A DNA stretch of 64,000 nucleotides, from contig OZ037770.1 in assembly GCA_964035545.1 (NCBI GenBank), forward strand, positions 14,870,642 through 14,934,641. Reading direction: 5' to 3'. This DNA is from Bugula neritina (taxonomy: Eukaryota > Animalia > Bryozoa). Positions within the stretch are counted from its first letter, which is position 1; each line of letters begins with the position of its first letter. A program made the position numbers and the translations under genes. The notes beneath the pieces are model-generated. The model worked only from the letters and a program-made list of their open reading frames with translations, was not told the origin of the DNA and did no database searches. Shown here one piece after another: positions 1-15,000 of the stretch.

Positions 1-4
1 CCAG

Positions 5-3000
5 GTTTTGCCGACAGTCAATTCAATTTTGGGGCGGAGAGTCACAAGGGAAACAAGGTGTGGTTTGTAGATGATATCCAACAGTACGAGTGTGAGATAT
101 TCCCAGACGGTAGCAACGAAGAGATGATTCAGTGCTACACGCCGTAAGCTCCTCCTCCCCTTTCATTTTCTCATCTTGAATTCTGTTTATTTAATAATTT
201 ATGACATAAATAAAATCCTGGACAAAATTGCTTTCAGTGCTGTTATCGTGAAACATTTTTTCTAGAAACTTGCGTTGTCTTCCAATAAGTTGGAAATGAG
301 CAATACATTTTTTTGGCGATTGAATTTGAGCCTTTTACATCTTTTTAAACATTTCAAAGATGTTTTTAACTTGCAGTTGTTGACACTTTTCCTTCCTTTT
401 ACTCTGTTGTACGTGAATGTAGTTACTAGTGGCACTCTTTATTTTTAGCAACACTATGGAGGCTGGAACATATTATGTTAAGGTCGCAGTAAATGGTGTG
501 CCCACCCCTGATGATGGTCTCTGCAACAACAACCCTAAGTCTTGGTCATGCTCTCTCTACGTAAGTGTAGTATTACTCACTAACTTACTCTTCATGATGG
601 TAGATTAGGTAATATAAACTCATTTTTCCTGAGTAACTTATCCCCCTGGTAAATTTCTAGCAGATGGTATTTAAATGATCTATGTCAGGTAAAACCATTT
701 TAATGCAATATTTACAATTTGTATATCAAGTTCAAAAAAATGCATATTAAATTATAGTATTCATAACTGGGACATCTTAATAAATATTCTCAGTTTCAAG
801 TTTAATAATTAAAGTTTTTAGCGTACAAAACCGGTTTCAATTTACATTAAGGTTTGTAGGTTGACAGGAAATGGGATATTATACACGTTTTTATGTATTA
901 TGTATTAACCTTGTAGACTAATGTTCATTACCACCCGTACATCGAATCAGTGTTTCCAAGCGCTGCTCCTAAAGACAGCGTGATAACTGTTTATGGCAGG
1001 TTCTTCACAGATAAATACGGCTCCAATTTAGCTGAGGCCACCAACGGCAAAACAGAAGGCATTCTGAGGTTGGTACTTCATTACACGTTCCTCTTTATAT
1101 TTCTATTTTCAATCAGAATTTTGGTATGTTTTGGTCACAATTTGCGTCTAGCCTCAAGGTGTGAGCTGTAAACTTCTCTCAAATTGAGTAAAGACTTTGA
1201 GTTCGGTTTAGGATGAGTTTTAACGTGTTTTGATATTGCCCCTTTCTCCTTCCACTCCTTTGACACTCCTGGATTCAGTCCATGTTTCAACGTTTGTCAA
1301 CTAAAGAGAAATTGAGTGAAAGTAGCAGTTCACAGTTTGCTGTTAATTTTTAAACTCAAGCAAGCTTTTTATTTTGATAGTTGTGAATTGACACATTTCT
1401 TCTAATAAGTCCACTTTATTTTTATCCTTTTAAAGTTATGTAATATCTAGTCGCTAACAGTCAAGTTGAGTTGACCTAAATTTAGGCTTCCCTTTCTCTT
1501 ATTCATATGCAGTTTTGTATGTCAAGACCTTTGATTACACAACTATGATGTAAACTTTCAAAAGGCGTAGAACTGCATTTAGCTCTATTCTTCTAACAGT
1601 CTATACTCTATAATAATAGTAATAATAAAATGATAATAATATAAATGATAATTCTATATTGATATAAATTAATATTTTTTCAAAATTTAATGATGTATGT
1701 ATGATATAGCAAACTTTGCCATTTTTCTCAAGGTTATTGTCATAAGTAACAAGAGAATAGTGAAAATGAATTAGCTAAGTTTGACGCAATAAAACTTCTA
1801 GAATGTTCAAACCTTTTAACTTTATGAACAGTGATCTGAAATGTAGATTAATGTTTTCATTGCACCCAAAGGCAGTCAATGTTAACAAAAGAAAACAATG
1901 GCATAGAAACTTGATTATCAGATTGAGTTTACTTCACTGGTTTTCAGTATTAGAGAAACGTGTGCATGCACTTCATGCAAAGTACCTTTGAGTTGGAAGG
2001 ACATTTTTCTACCCTCAGACTTACTGCAGTGTCTACTTCCATCTTGTAATGTTTGAAAATATTCCTGCTTGGAATCTTCTACGTTTCCAGTTTAAGTTTT
2101 GAACTGTAAATTCTAACCTTTCAAACCAACTCGATAATTAGGCTGCTTGTTGCAGCAGCTAAGAATTGCATGCAATGAAAGTCAGCAATGATTACATTAT
2201 AGTTAGTATTAGTATACCTTCAGAGCTGACTAAGATATTATCTGCTAGCCATCAGAAATCCAAAAACCATTTCAAGACGTATTTGCACAAAATTGATTAC
2301 GAAAAAAAGTTGTTTTAACTTTCAACTCTCCTACAGTCTGTAGATGATGGCTAAGATATATATGAATATTTTAACACTGCATAAATGAAGTGTGTCGAGG
2401 ATTCTATAATTATTTAATTGTCACGGATTATTTCAGTTTTAATCTGTTGCAATGGAGCCTGTGACCGGTGATTACATAATTTAAAGTTTGTTTCATTTCA
2501 AATTGTTGTTTAAACTGTTCAAATTCTACAATTAGAAGGCGTACTTCTTTATTCCTGGTGTGACAGTTGCATGTTGCTGAAGGCCATTTGGTGCTGCCGT
2601 GTGGCTAATTGGAACTGTGCCGCTGACGCAGAGTACGACACTTACATAAGCACTGGCTATCCAGCTATAAACCATATTTTTTGTCCTATTCAGTTTCACC
2701 GAAAAGAAAAACATTGTGGAACAAAAGAGGCAATTGTACGGAAATTGGTTATTAGAACTGTTATGCATGACTGAGTATTAATACCTGTTAGAGAAACCAT
2801 AGTTATGTTTCATCCAGGGGTGTCAGGAATTTGAAAAGAGGTTTGCGTCACTACTTTTGCTCCCCCTGGTGATGGGAAAATAAATTTCTGTGTGACAGGT
2901 TGTATTGCCTAATGCTACCAAAACCCCCACCTTTAGGTCATTCACTTGGAGGCTATGGAATTATGGGAAATAAATGTATAGTGTGTAGAACATGCTAAAT

Positions 3001-6000
3001 TGCTGAGTGGTACAGAAAGAGTGCCTATAGTACAAACAGAAGCATTAGCTATTTTATTGAAAGCTTTTTACAGTTTTTTTATTTAAATACTATTTTTTGC
3101 TCATACATAGTGTTGAAGTTTGTACTGTAATGACAGTATTGCAATTTTTAGGGCTTACGTTCAAGGAAAACCCTGTGAGTTGAAAGATGGAGATGAATTG
3201 TGAGTATAAGGACAAGAAATAATTTGAATACTACCTAGAATAATACATATGAAAAATGAAATAGAAAATTAAATATTAAAATCAATTAATAATTAAATTA
3301 AATTATTATTGAATTATTAATTAAACAAAATTAAAATATTTTAGTGCAGTTAGTTAAAATGTTGGTAATATAAAATAGTAGTAATATGAAATAGAGTAAT
3401 AAAAAATAGTATTAATATAAAATTGAGTAATATCAAATATAAATAATATAAAATAGAGTAATATAAAGTATTAGTACTATAAAATGAAAGTAACACATTT
3501 ATACAGAAAGGTCTCAATGTATTATGTGGCTCGTAGTAACTATATTTAATTTTTTTCTAACTTTATTATAGAAGTTCTAAATTTATTTCAGTTTGAAAAC
3601 GTAATTTTCACAGTTCAGCATGTTATAGGCTTGTTAAAGCTAAAATTTGTTATAATATTTGCTATAGTTACCAATACTTGCTATAATATTTGCTATAGTA
3701 CATGCTATCATATATGTTATATAATATAATACATGCTATAACACATGCTATAACACATGCTATAACACATGCTATAACACATGCTATATTGTAACTTCAG
3801 TTACGGAATCAGTCTGTGGCATGAGTGGGCCAACACCGGCTACATCAGATGCAAAGTCTCGGCACTTCCTGTCCCGTCTAATGTCAAGGTCTCTGTCATT
3901 ATTGACGCACCTTACGGCAAGACGCTGCCTCTGCCAGGCTCCTACATTGTGTCAGCAACGGGAAAGCCCTTCATGTTCCAGACTTATGCTGGTGAGTCGC
4001 CATTTCCTGTTGTAAACTCACTTTAGTAAGTCGCCGTTTCCTGTTGTAAACTTACTTTAGTAAGTTGCCGTTTCCTGTTGTAAACTTGGTTTTGTAAATC
4101 ATCATTTCCTGTTGACCCATTGCAGAGGTCACCGGAATTTCACCAACAGAGGGCAGCACTGCTGGAGGCCAACTCCTCACTATCACAGGAACTGGCTTCG
4201 ATGACACGACGGCGCCGGACGTCAAGGTCGGAGATGACGAGTGCGAAGTCGTGTCAGTCACGGACACTGAGATTACGTGCCGAACCCCAGCTGAGCACAG
4301 CTCTGTGGATAACTCGTATGTTGGTAGGTGCAGGGCTTATACAGTAGCTTGTGGAGAGATATGATGTGTAGGGCTTATACAGTAGCTTGTGGAGATAAAT
4401 GATGTGTAGGGCCTATACAGTAGTGTATGGAGAGATATGATGTGCAGGGCTTATACAGTAGCTTGTGGAGAGATATGATGTGTAGGGCTTATACAGTAGT
4501 GTATGGAGGGATATGATGTGCAGGGTTTATACAGTAGTGTATGGAGAGATATGATGTGTAGGGCTTATACAGTAGCTTGTGGAGAGATATGACGGTGTCC
4601 AGTGTTTTATTTCTATCAAAAGTGAAGGAGAAACATAGTGAATGGCTGTCTGAGTTTTAAGGATGGTGGTAAATAGAAGGGATCTCAACTAAGTAATATA
4701 ATAATTAGAATTATTTCCTGTAGTGTCAAGAATTTAGTTCTCGAATCGAATAGAAGTTTTATTTTGCGAAAAAGCTTTGGTAAATAAATCTGTAAACCTG
4801 TTATAATTACATCAACCAACCTTGTGGTGAAATGTTTTATTTTGCTATTTTGAACATTTGATATTTATGTTGCGTTGTGGTTTAGGGGGTAGAGGTTTGA
4901 AGAACTTCCTGTTTACCGATGACAAGAAGAACTTTGATGACCTGGATGATTTGACAGCAAGAACTGATCATGTGAGTTCTTCTCGCATAAGGAGGATATG
5001 AAGTCATAGCAATGAAATTGTATATTGACACAATATATTACTATATTATATTACTACATTGTATTATTACGATATATTACTACAATATATTACTACATTG
5101 TATTACTACGATATATTACTGCAATATATATATTACTACAATGTATTACTACAATGTATTACTACAATATATTACCACAATATATTACTACAATATATTA
5201 CCACAATATATTACTACAATATATTACTGCAATATATTATTACAGTATATTATTACAATGTATTACTACAATATATTACTACAATGTACTATTGAAATGT
5301 ATCACCTGCTGCTGTAGATATTTTAGAATGTAATGCAGTTTTGTATATATCAGAATATGAATATAGTATATTATGACACAAGTATAGTAGAATATAAATA
5401 TGTTATACGTTATACTTAGGCTGACATGTTCTGGAGTGATGGAGCGTACTGGTGTGAGAATGCCACTCAAGACATACACGATAAGTGCTCAGTGCCACCG
5501 AGTAGTCACTACAACATCAGGACCATAGGCTATCTCACTCCCAAGATTACTGGAGACTACAGGTAACCCCCCTTCTGCTGAAGGAAGTTTATTTATGAAA
5601 CTTAGATTAAAATTATCTTAGTATCTTGAGCTTGAGTATCAAAGCAATTCTGTTGAGAAAGTTATTTCTTGTTTTATACACCCGATATAGTAGAAGTAAA
5701 ACGATGCAGAAGTATGGTTACTGTGTTGTGATTGGTGCATGCTGTGTCCAATACCAAGCGCTGTACATTATTCAGGCGGTTACACTTGACTTCCGTCTAA
5801 TAGCTTTTGCTGAAAACCTTTTTGTCTTTCATGTGCACGGTTACCTTGAATTTTTAACAAATTCTTTTGACATATCTTTGGCCAAATAAATGACTGACTT
5901 TGATTTCAAAGGTGTTTGTATATTTCAATATGGGTAATGGTATAAAGAGTTTTGTAGAAAACTTGAAGAATACTAAGCATCATGTATGCTATTGCCATTC

Positions 6001-9000
6001 TTTATGCGTCACCATACCTGTTCATCTGTTATCTTTCAGATTTTACATCAAGTGTGACGATGCGTCTAAGCTGTACCTTAGTACATCTGCTCTCGTGGCT
6101 GGCAAGGTAAGTCCCTCTCTTTTACTTACCTTTCTTTTCTGTATTTCGGTCACATCTACAGTTTATTTTTGTTGTTTTAGCTGTTGGCAAATGTGTGTTT
6201 TTTATATTGATTTGAATAGATTTTGTATGCTAGACGGGTGCCAGCCTAAATTGATGGTGACAGATTTGTAGTGCCTGAGTTTTTTGTCACAAGTTGTCGA
6301 CGTTTTTTTTCTACCCGCAAACAACATGGTTAGTTTATTGCTGAGTATGATATGCAGCCGGTGTGATGTTTCTTTAGACTGCAGTTGTCGAGTGTCCAAG
6401 TGTGACCAACACGTACATTGAGAGCCAGAATATCACATCTCTAGTGGCTGGGGAATCCTACTATATGGAGGTAAGATAACTCCTGTAATCAGACAAATAT
6501 TTGTAAGTAAGATAACTCCTGTTATCAGCTGAATATGTGGAGGTAAGATAACTCCTGTAATCAGCTGAATATATGGAGGTAAGATAACTCCTGTAATCAG
6601 CTGAATATATGGAGGTAAGATAACTCCTGTAATCAGCTAAATATATGCAAGTGAGACAACTCTTGTAATCAGCTGAATCGGCTTAGATAAAACTCATATT
6701 GACAAAAGCAATTGAACTTTGAATTTAGAAGTTTTTAAAGTTAAAGTGATGGTAGCGTGAGTTTAACTCGAGGGTGTGAATAATATGAAGGTGGGACAAC
6801 TTCCCATGCAATATGGAGGCTTGATTTCCTGCTAGTTTAAGTTTTGGCAAATTATGAGCGCCTTCTGCATTAATTTTGAATATTCATGCTAGTTGATTTG
6901 TCAAAGTTGAAGTTTTGCGGAGCTGTAATGATATTTCAGCTGTGATTGGAGGCTTTCAGTTTGAATATTGTGAGTTTATTAGCGATTTTTTACTCAGCAA
7001 TAATTTCTCCGTTGTAGTACTTGTCTGTGGAAGGTTCCGGATCAGCCAATACGTTTGTAGCAGCCAAGCTTATTGGTTTCACTAGTCAGACGACAGCGAT
7101 TGAAGGTAAACATGATTCTGTGTCTGTTTGAATGTATATTATGTTACATTGATTATAGGAGTTGTCTTTACAACGGGGTATGTGGTTATATACATGTTTA
7201 GAAACTGGCTGTTATTCCTGACAATATATTTTAAGTCAACTTGAATAGAGGAAGGTACAACCCTTTAATTTTATTGCTCTGCTTGTACTTATTTACTCAA
7301 TGTACTGGTAATTACTCTTTTATTTTACATTATTTTGTGCTTAAAAAACTCCAAGTATAGTTTTTTGTTTTTATGTACTTTTTTGCTTCAAAAGGCATTT
7401 AAAACTTTTAGTGACTTTGCAGAATATTTTGAATTCTTGTGAGCATTTGGTTGGTTGATGAATATGACTCTGTATTTGTCATATTGGAGAGTGTTTTTTG
7501 TCTGTACAGGTAAAATCCAGCCTGAGAATCACCAGGTTGTCATCTCAAGCACCGTGTCAAAGGAAGAGTTTAATGTCACCTTCAATAACATGGCTACTCA
7601 GACAGCAGTTGAGGGAGTTCAGGTTGTCTCCATGACCTACTCAGGAAGTGCTGAGGGCAGTTGGCAGATTGGCATGCTCGGCGTCTACTCTGGTGAGTCA
7701 GTCATTTGGTCAATCGGTAGTAGTGTGTGAGTGTGTGAGCGAGTGAGTGAGTTAGTGAGTGAGTGAGTGAGTGAGTCAGTGAGTCAGTGAGTCAGTGAGT
7801 CAGTGAGTCAGTGAGTCAGTGAGTGAGTGAGTGAGTGAGTGAGTGAGTGAGTAAGTGGGTGGGTGGGTGGGTGAGTGAGTGAGTGAGTGAGTGAGTGAGT
7901 GAGTGAGTGAGTGAGTGAGTGAGTGAGTGAGTGAGTGAGTGTGTGAGTGAGTGAGTGAGTGAGTGTGTGAGTGAGTGAGTGAGTGAGTGAGTGAGTGAGT
8001 GAGTGAGTGAGTGAGTGAGTGAGTGAGTGAGTGAGTGAGTGAGTGATGAGTGAGTGAGTGAGTGAAGAATACACTAAATAAAAAGCATTCCCCTGGTCAT
8101 TAAATGAGTAAGTTTATTAATGGCAATAAAATGAGTCTAGAAAGATCCACAGAGACTGACGAATTAAAGTTAACTGTAAACAGCTCTTTTTGGGTTTTCA
8201 CTTGTATTAGCTTTTTGGACTGCTATATTTGTGAGACAAATTTGATGAAAATGCATATATCAAGTGCCGTACCCTTAAAATTATTTCATTTTACTGAATT
8301 TTCTTCAACTGTATCCACTAATGTGATAAACTTTCCTTAACAGATCTACTTGATGCGGACACTGATGCATTGAAGATGAAAAAGGCAATAATGGATCTGG
8401 CATCCATGCCGTCGTCTGCCAAACTCAACGTGGAGACCGCTGATGTGACCAATGGGAGAACATACACAGTCACTTTTCAGGAAGGTAAAACCTTACGAAC
8501 TTTATAAGTACTAGATAACCTTCACATTTGTGAGCACCTAATAAACCAAATGCCAGAGTGTTAGTATTTGGATTAAATATTTCAGAATAAAGTATGAAAG
8601 TCATACTGCAATATATACAAAATTTCCACAACAATTATATTTGCCTGTGGCTAGCTAGACATGGTTTCCAATGAATTACAATACAAGGATTTACTCTCTC
8701 CTGTCAGAACACAGGAAGTGCCCTAACATCTGACGTCTGTATTTGTTGTTCAAAGGTGACTGGCCAACTCTGCAGACGAAACGAGATGGAGATTACACTG
8801 CGTCTGTCGCTGTGACAGCTAATGGAAAGAGTTCACTGAAGTCTTGGAGATTACAGTTGGACCACGGCGGTTCGGCTCTTCTGTCCGACTCCATCACCAG
8901 CTTACCTCCCACTGAGGAGCAGGTAGTAACTTATGAGTCACATGAAGCACGTGTGATGGTTGCTGTATATCTATGAACTAACGCTTATTAGTATCATCAG

Positions 9001-12000
9001 TCTATTATCTGATTAAGTTATAAAATTTGCAGATGCAAGAAGCGTTAGAAAGTTTGTTTCAAGCTCGTTGTCCACCATCTATTGGCGATGACGCTCCCGG
9101 TGGTGTTTACTATGAGGGTTATGAAGATGACAGTGAGTTGATAGTTATTTTATTTGTTTACTTGTGGTAGTAGTTAGTAGCAGTGGTAGTAGTACTAGCA
9201 GTAATAATACTAATACTAGCAGTGGTAGTAGTACTAGTAGTACTTCTGCTAGTACTACTAGCGCTAGTAGTACTAGTGCTAGTAGTAGTACTAGTATTAG
9301 TTCTCTTGTTTGGGAGGCAGGCATTTGCTTCCTTTAAACATTTCGTGCTGAATTAGAAATTACTTGGCTCATTGATCACATGAATTGGAAGAAACATACA
9401 AAACACAGCAAAAATTATGAATACAACCTCAGATTTTTAGCTATTTTACATCTAATCTATGCATCAGTTGTTTTCAAATGAATATTTCCTGTGGCAACGC
9501 GCTATGATGCAATTTCCTGTTTGTAGAATACAAGTCTGACTCTGAGCCGTTCTGCGGTAAACGGTTTGCTATGAATCCTGGGAAGATTTTTGATGAGAGT
9601 ATAGGAAAGAATTTGAAAGCTACACCCTACGTAAGTTGTGGGATCCCTATTTGGTAGTGATACGTAACCCATTATGTACAAAGTAAACATTAAATACCAA
9701 AACACTGTCGCCTATCAAAATTGGAATTAAAGTTATCCAAGTTTACAGCTGTTGGTTGTTTTTTATTTCTTTTAGATCTGGTTTTTAATTTTTTGCTGAT
9801 AATGATATCCTTATACGTAACTATTTTCACTGATTGGCCGGTATTATAAAAGTTTTTTCATATTTGTGTATTTTCTGCAGATGTGCTTTGCCCACCGAGG
9901 TAAACTGCATAATTATGTGAGAGTCAAAGTACAAATGCCCACTAGGTCTTCCAATTACTACCCAGGCTACGACTTCGGCCCTGGATCAGACACGTCAGTA
10001 TAATCTCTTTCAAAATTTATCAATCTGTTGTTTTATTGTTTTCTGTAGATAATTAAACGTTGATTTCATAGTATAGAACCCCGTTGATAATAATTACATA
10101 TTATACATCTAGAATTGACCTTGTAGATAGAAATATTCTTGATAGGTTTTTCAAAGTAGTAATTAAATCAATGTATTTGATGTTTTAGCATCTTATCGAA
10201 TGTTTGTTTTTACACATTTCCTGGTTACATACAGGATGTGGAATTATACGTGCATGAACGTGCTGGAGATGATTGAAGTCTACAACCCAGGCCAGAGTTT
10301 TTACAACATGCTACAATTTGAACTCTACCGACCTTCACACAAGGACGTTTATGTTGATGAGGTGGTACTCTGCAGCCAGCCTACCACCGAGAGAATTGAG
10401 TGTAAGATTCTCAGGCTACGGCTTACAGCTACTTGAATTTTTATCTTTCTAATAATATTATCGTTTTAAGAACAACAACTTAAGCCTTTCTTGAATTTTA
10501 GTCACTTTTTTATAACATATCTGATTTTTAATGCAGTCTGTGCAAATTATAGACTGTCATTGAATGATTTGGTCTGTATTTTTCATATCCACCACGTTTT
10601 TCCAGGAGTATGATTCATTCGCCTTCTTTGTAGTACTTCTCACTGACAGAATTATACGAGCAACTGTCCGAGACGAATCTGTAGAGGTGACTCACACTGA
10701 GGTTGATGCCACCACCCACAGGTTCGGTGTAGTCTTCACCCCACAAGACTGTGAAAACAAGTTCGCCCTCTTATCTTTCTCTGGCGCACCAGTTATGTCT
10801 TCATCTGGTACGAGAATCTCTAATGTTTACTTTATATGTTTACTTTATTTAACTAGCTATAAGTTTGTTTAGCGAATAATATTAATTTAAAAGGAAACTG
10901 CAAGTCCTTGCTAAAATTGCTGCCTATTTTAGATTTTAAAAAGTCATATAAAGCATGTAACAATTTGAAATTTGTAACAAGCAATTCTCTTTCTGTGATC
11001 TTGTGCATATTTCACGTAGCCCCTCAAGTTAGTGTGGAATTCATGTTGTCTTGTTGATAGCTTCTGCCAAGACCTTTGGCGACAATGGAGTAGAATGGAC
11101 GGCCGGATCTACGGTGGTTGTTGAGCGAAGTGTGAGGGCCTCTCCTCCCGTCACGGGCACCTGGAGACTCACCCATGACTCCGTGAGTACTTCTGGAAAG
11201 ATAACTCCTTTCTTTAAATGTAAATAATTCTTGCCAGTGAGTCATTTGGACTCTTGGCAAGTAGTAAACTTACTCGCTGTTATTTTAGTCGACTATTTTC
11301 TTGCTGCACGAAAATTTGTTAGAAAGTGTGATCAACTTTTTCAAATTGGTCAGAATATAGAAATTTTGCAGTTTTGGTCCAAGATTGAATTGGAGATATT
11401 TTTTATGTTGAAATTGAAGGGAGTTATCATTTTAGCAATTCTTGTTCCTGAATAGCGTTTAGAATTGATGGGAGCTTTACATGTTAAGTATCTGAACAAA
11501 TGTACGGCCGGGGAGATAATTGGAAAGTGTTGCCATGTGATCTACTTAACTATAAAAGGAGTTTATTCTGCACACAGTTTTGGTCATTTCCAATATATTA
11601 TATGATTGTTCCAGAACACTCTCACAGTTGCAGCAGACATTGATGTAGAGGCTTTGACCAACCTTATCGAGCTCGATTTCCAGCTGCCAAATGTCAAGGT
11701 CGAGAAAGACGGCTCCTGCTATGGTTACACATACAACATGAAGGTTGTTGATTTCACTAGCCTCACCCCCGATATTCAGGTACTTAGTGGGACTAAGAGT
11801 GACACAAGTCTAGCTAAATTATTTTCGTTACCTCGGATTTTTTCATTAAAACAATTTTTCATAGTTTTTAATTCAATTTTATACACAACTCGGCACATAC
11901 AAACTTGTAAATAAAGTTGACCTTGACTCCTGCAGGCTGAAAATATCGATCTAGCTGGTGATAGCCCTGTGCTAGCAAAGATGCGGGTCGATGCGTTCAC

Positions 12001-15000
12001 GTTTTTCGATCCTATTCCTGGCGACATGTTGGCTACTAGTGAAGAGTCTGCCCAAGTTAGAGTCACTGTGAATGATATTAGTAGCAAGTGAGTGTTAGTA
12101 ACTAGTGAGTCACTGTGAATGATATAGCTAGAAAGTATTGTTGAACTGGCTCTTGTTGGAATTTTTTCTTGACTTGATTGAATTTTAGTATTGACATAAT
12201 TTGATTTAAACTTCTGGTTTTTCCTTCAGCTAATTATTACAGCTGCTTAAAGTACGTTCATGTTAAATATTGTAGATGTAAAGGAGACTGCGGATATTCT
12301 TGGAGCGCGGGTTTGACACCCACTATAACTGGTGTCAGCCCTGCTAGTGGTAAGCTATCGCTACACTCCATTGTAACAACTCTTTATTTTCTATGGAATA
12401 TTTTCTAACCTGTAGATGCGATAAAGCTATTCCAACATTAATTCTAGCATTTGTATAGGTATTTTATTTTTGCTTTGAGTGATTACGTGACTTCAGTTCA
12501 TTTCCCTATGCTGTGAAACTAACATTTTCCTCTGTATATATATATGGCAATCACCGCTAATGTATATATTTCCTGTTTGATGTTTGTTGCTCTTTGGTGC
12601 AGGGGGAAATGGTGCCGTTCTCACTATCACCGGCACGGGATTTGCTACAGACAACACCGTGATGATCGGCAAAGCCGAATGCACTCAAACCGCATCCAGC
12701 GCGACAGAAATCACATGTACTCTTGGTAAAGGAGAGATAGGAACATTTGACGTGAAGGTAACAGCAGAAGGCAAAGGCCTAGCCTCAGGATCTCAGTCCT
12801 TTGAGTACAACTCCGGGTCCGTGGATAGCGTCGACCCCAGTACTGGTAGTCTGGCCGGTGGAACTCTGGTGACGGTGTCAGGTAACGGGTTTGACCAAAC
12901 GGCTGCTGTGGATATTGATGGAAACGTCTGCGAGGTGGTTGAAGTTTCCTCCACTGAGATCTCCTGCAGGACCCCGGCATCTGCCCAGACCTCCGCTGTC
13001 GACATCAACGTCGCTGTCAACTCGGCAGCTCAGACTCTCACTCTGTCAGCCGCCTACACTTATGCTGACGGCGTCACGCCTAAAGTCACGTCTTTCTCTC
13101 CGAGCACAGCTACTGCTTCAGGTGAGCGTTTGTATGGAAGGGTTTGTAGTCCCCCATTTCTTGTTGGCAACCTAAATAATTGTGGCTTAATTTTTCGAGA
13201 GAAATGTAATCTTTTTGAAAAGTTTGAAAAATGTTTGCATTTTTATTCACTCCTAAATTATTTTCCTCTCCAGGGTTTGATATTTTACTGTTGATTTTTA
13301 GGAGGAGAAACGCTGACAATCAGTGGCCAAGGGTTCCAAGGTTATGAGTTCCTCACCGTCCAGCTGAAAGATTCGTCTAACGTGATGGTAGACTTAGTTC
13401 TACTGGAAGACTCCACAGATGGGAGCGTAATTGAGGCCACCCTTCCTCCTCTAGCTCCAGGCAACTATGAAGTGATTGTTCACTCAGACGGGAGAGGTCT
13501 GGCCTCTTTCTCGTGAGTTAATTCTTTAGTTACTTTAGAAATGTTGAGCTTAAGCAGGTCAATAAAATGACTCCATTTTGGGAGTAACTGACAATTTTGT
13601 TTCTAATCCAAGATGGCAAAGTTTTCCCACTTTTACTTGACGCTCGACCGTTGAGTAACTTGCTTTTGTTTTGTAGTTTACTTTTGAATCTAATTTAAAA
13701 AGGAAAGGACGTTTTAATGCACATTTCCTGTCATGTGATTGCCGTCTGTTTCAGCGGATCCACTACGTTGACCGTGACCTTCAGGGTCGACGCTATTTCA
13801 GCAGACGGCGGTTCTTTTGAGGGCGGGACTAGACTCTACCTCGTTGGAGAAGGATTCGGGAACAATGCGTCAGATGTGAGTGACAGAAATACTACATGTA
13901 ACTAGATAGTTTCATTAGTTGTCTTCTCACGAACTATGCGACATGATAGAGGGCGGATAACTTCTCTAGTGAGAGTTTTGAGGATAGGAAATGTACTGGT
14001 AGAGTGTAACTTGTGCTGGAAAACACACCTTCATCTCTTTTACCATTTAATAAATATTTCACGATTTACGTTGTTTTTTACTTCTATAATTGTTGAGTAA
14101 TTCGTCTGAGATATATATATTCATAGCCGTAGAAAGCTTGACCTCTACAGGGTGCTAAAATGTGCACACTCAACGTCAATCCTACATTATCAGAGAGAAA
14201 CAGTTCTTTGACTGAGGACACTTTAATAATACACTTTGGATATTTTTGCCCTTTTCATTCTGTGGCACTTTTTGGGACTATTTATTGTTACACTAAAGAC
14301 TTTATGGTCGAGAGTAGAACAGTCTATTATCATGTGATACTTTTACTGTTTCATTGCCCGACTCAGTTTTCTGACTAGTCAGCATTTTTTACTTTTTCTT
14401 CTCCAACTCTCAGGTAAGTGTGCAGGTCGGCAGCATCGAGTGCGAGATTGACTCCATCACCAACACCAACATCACCTGTCTCACGGGAAGAGGAAGTCAA
14501 ACTGTCGTGGTAGACAACTCTGGCACACATGTTGGTAGGTTACTGTCTAGAGATTCGATCTGCGAATGTATTTTGTAACATGTTTTAGTTTGAAGAGATG
14601 TTGTGGAGAGGGAAACTTTATTTCTAGTTTAACTTATAATCACTGTGTGCTGCTTTTGCTTATTAGAAGTTGACTTTGCATTTCTAAATTGTGAAATTGT
14701 GGTCTTGAAAATATGTCACTACTTTTTTATTTGCAATTTCATTTTTCTGTTTATGTGTAGTATGAGGTGCAACAATCTACTTGGATTTATGAAAATTGCA
14801 TATTCAACTAATTTTTACCTGTTCTTTTATTGTATTTGTATGATGTTAGCCAATGTTCCTATTTGTAGACTTTGGGTTGGGCTATGCATGGAAGACCCCA
14901 GTAATTACTATCAACACAGGCGACATAGTCAGGTATGGATATAATTATCTCTTATCAGGGTATCTGGAAAGCAACTGTTAAACTGAAAATTTAAAAAAAG

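Noticed and set aside
2815-2870. CAGGGGTGTC possible hAT TIR in the 2-kb PKHD1L1 intron
   Set aside because: No convincing matching right end or TSD found.
5012-5333. Tyr/Ile-rich ORFs (also 31017-31345, 55130-55465)
   Set aside because: Low-complexity AT-rich intronic repeats.
4328-6678. 36-38-bp repeats of CRISPR-like length
   Set aside because: Units are head-to-tail with no unique spacers, in eukaryotic introns, no cas genes.
12711-13020. Antisense ORFs over PKHD1L1 exons (also 4052-4267, 17465-17827, 37748-37963 and others)
   Set aside because: Shadow frames of GC-richer coding exons with no independent motifs.
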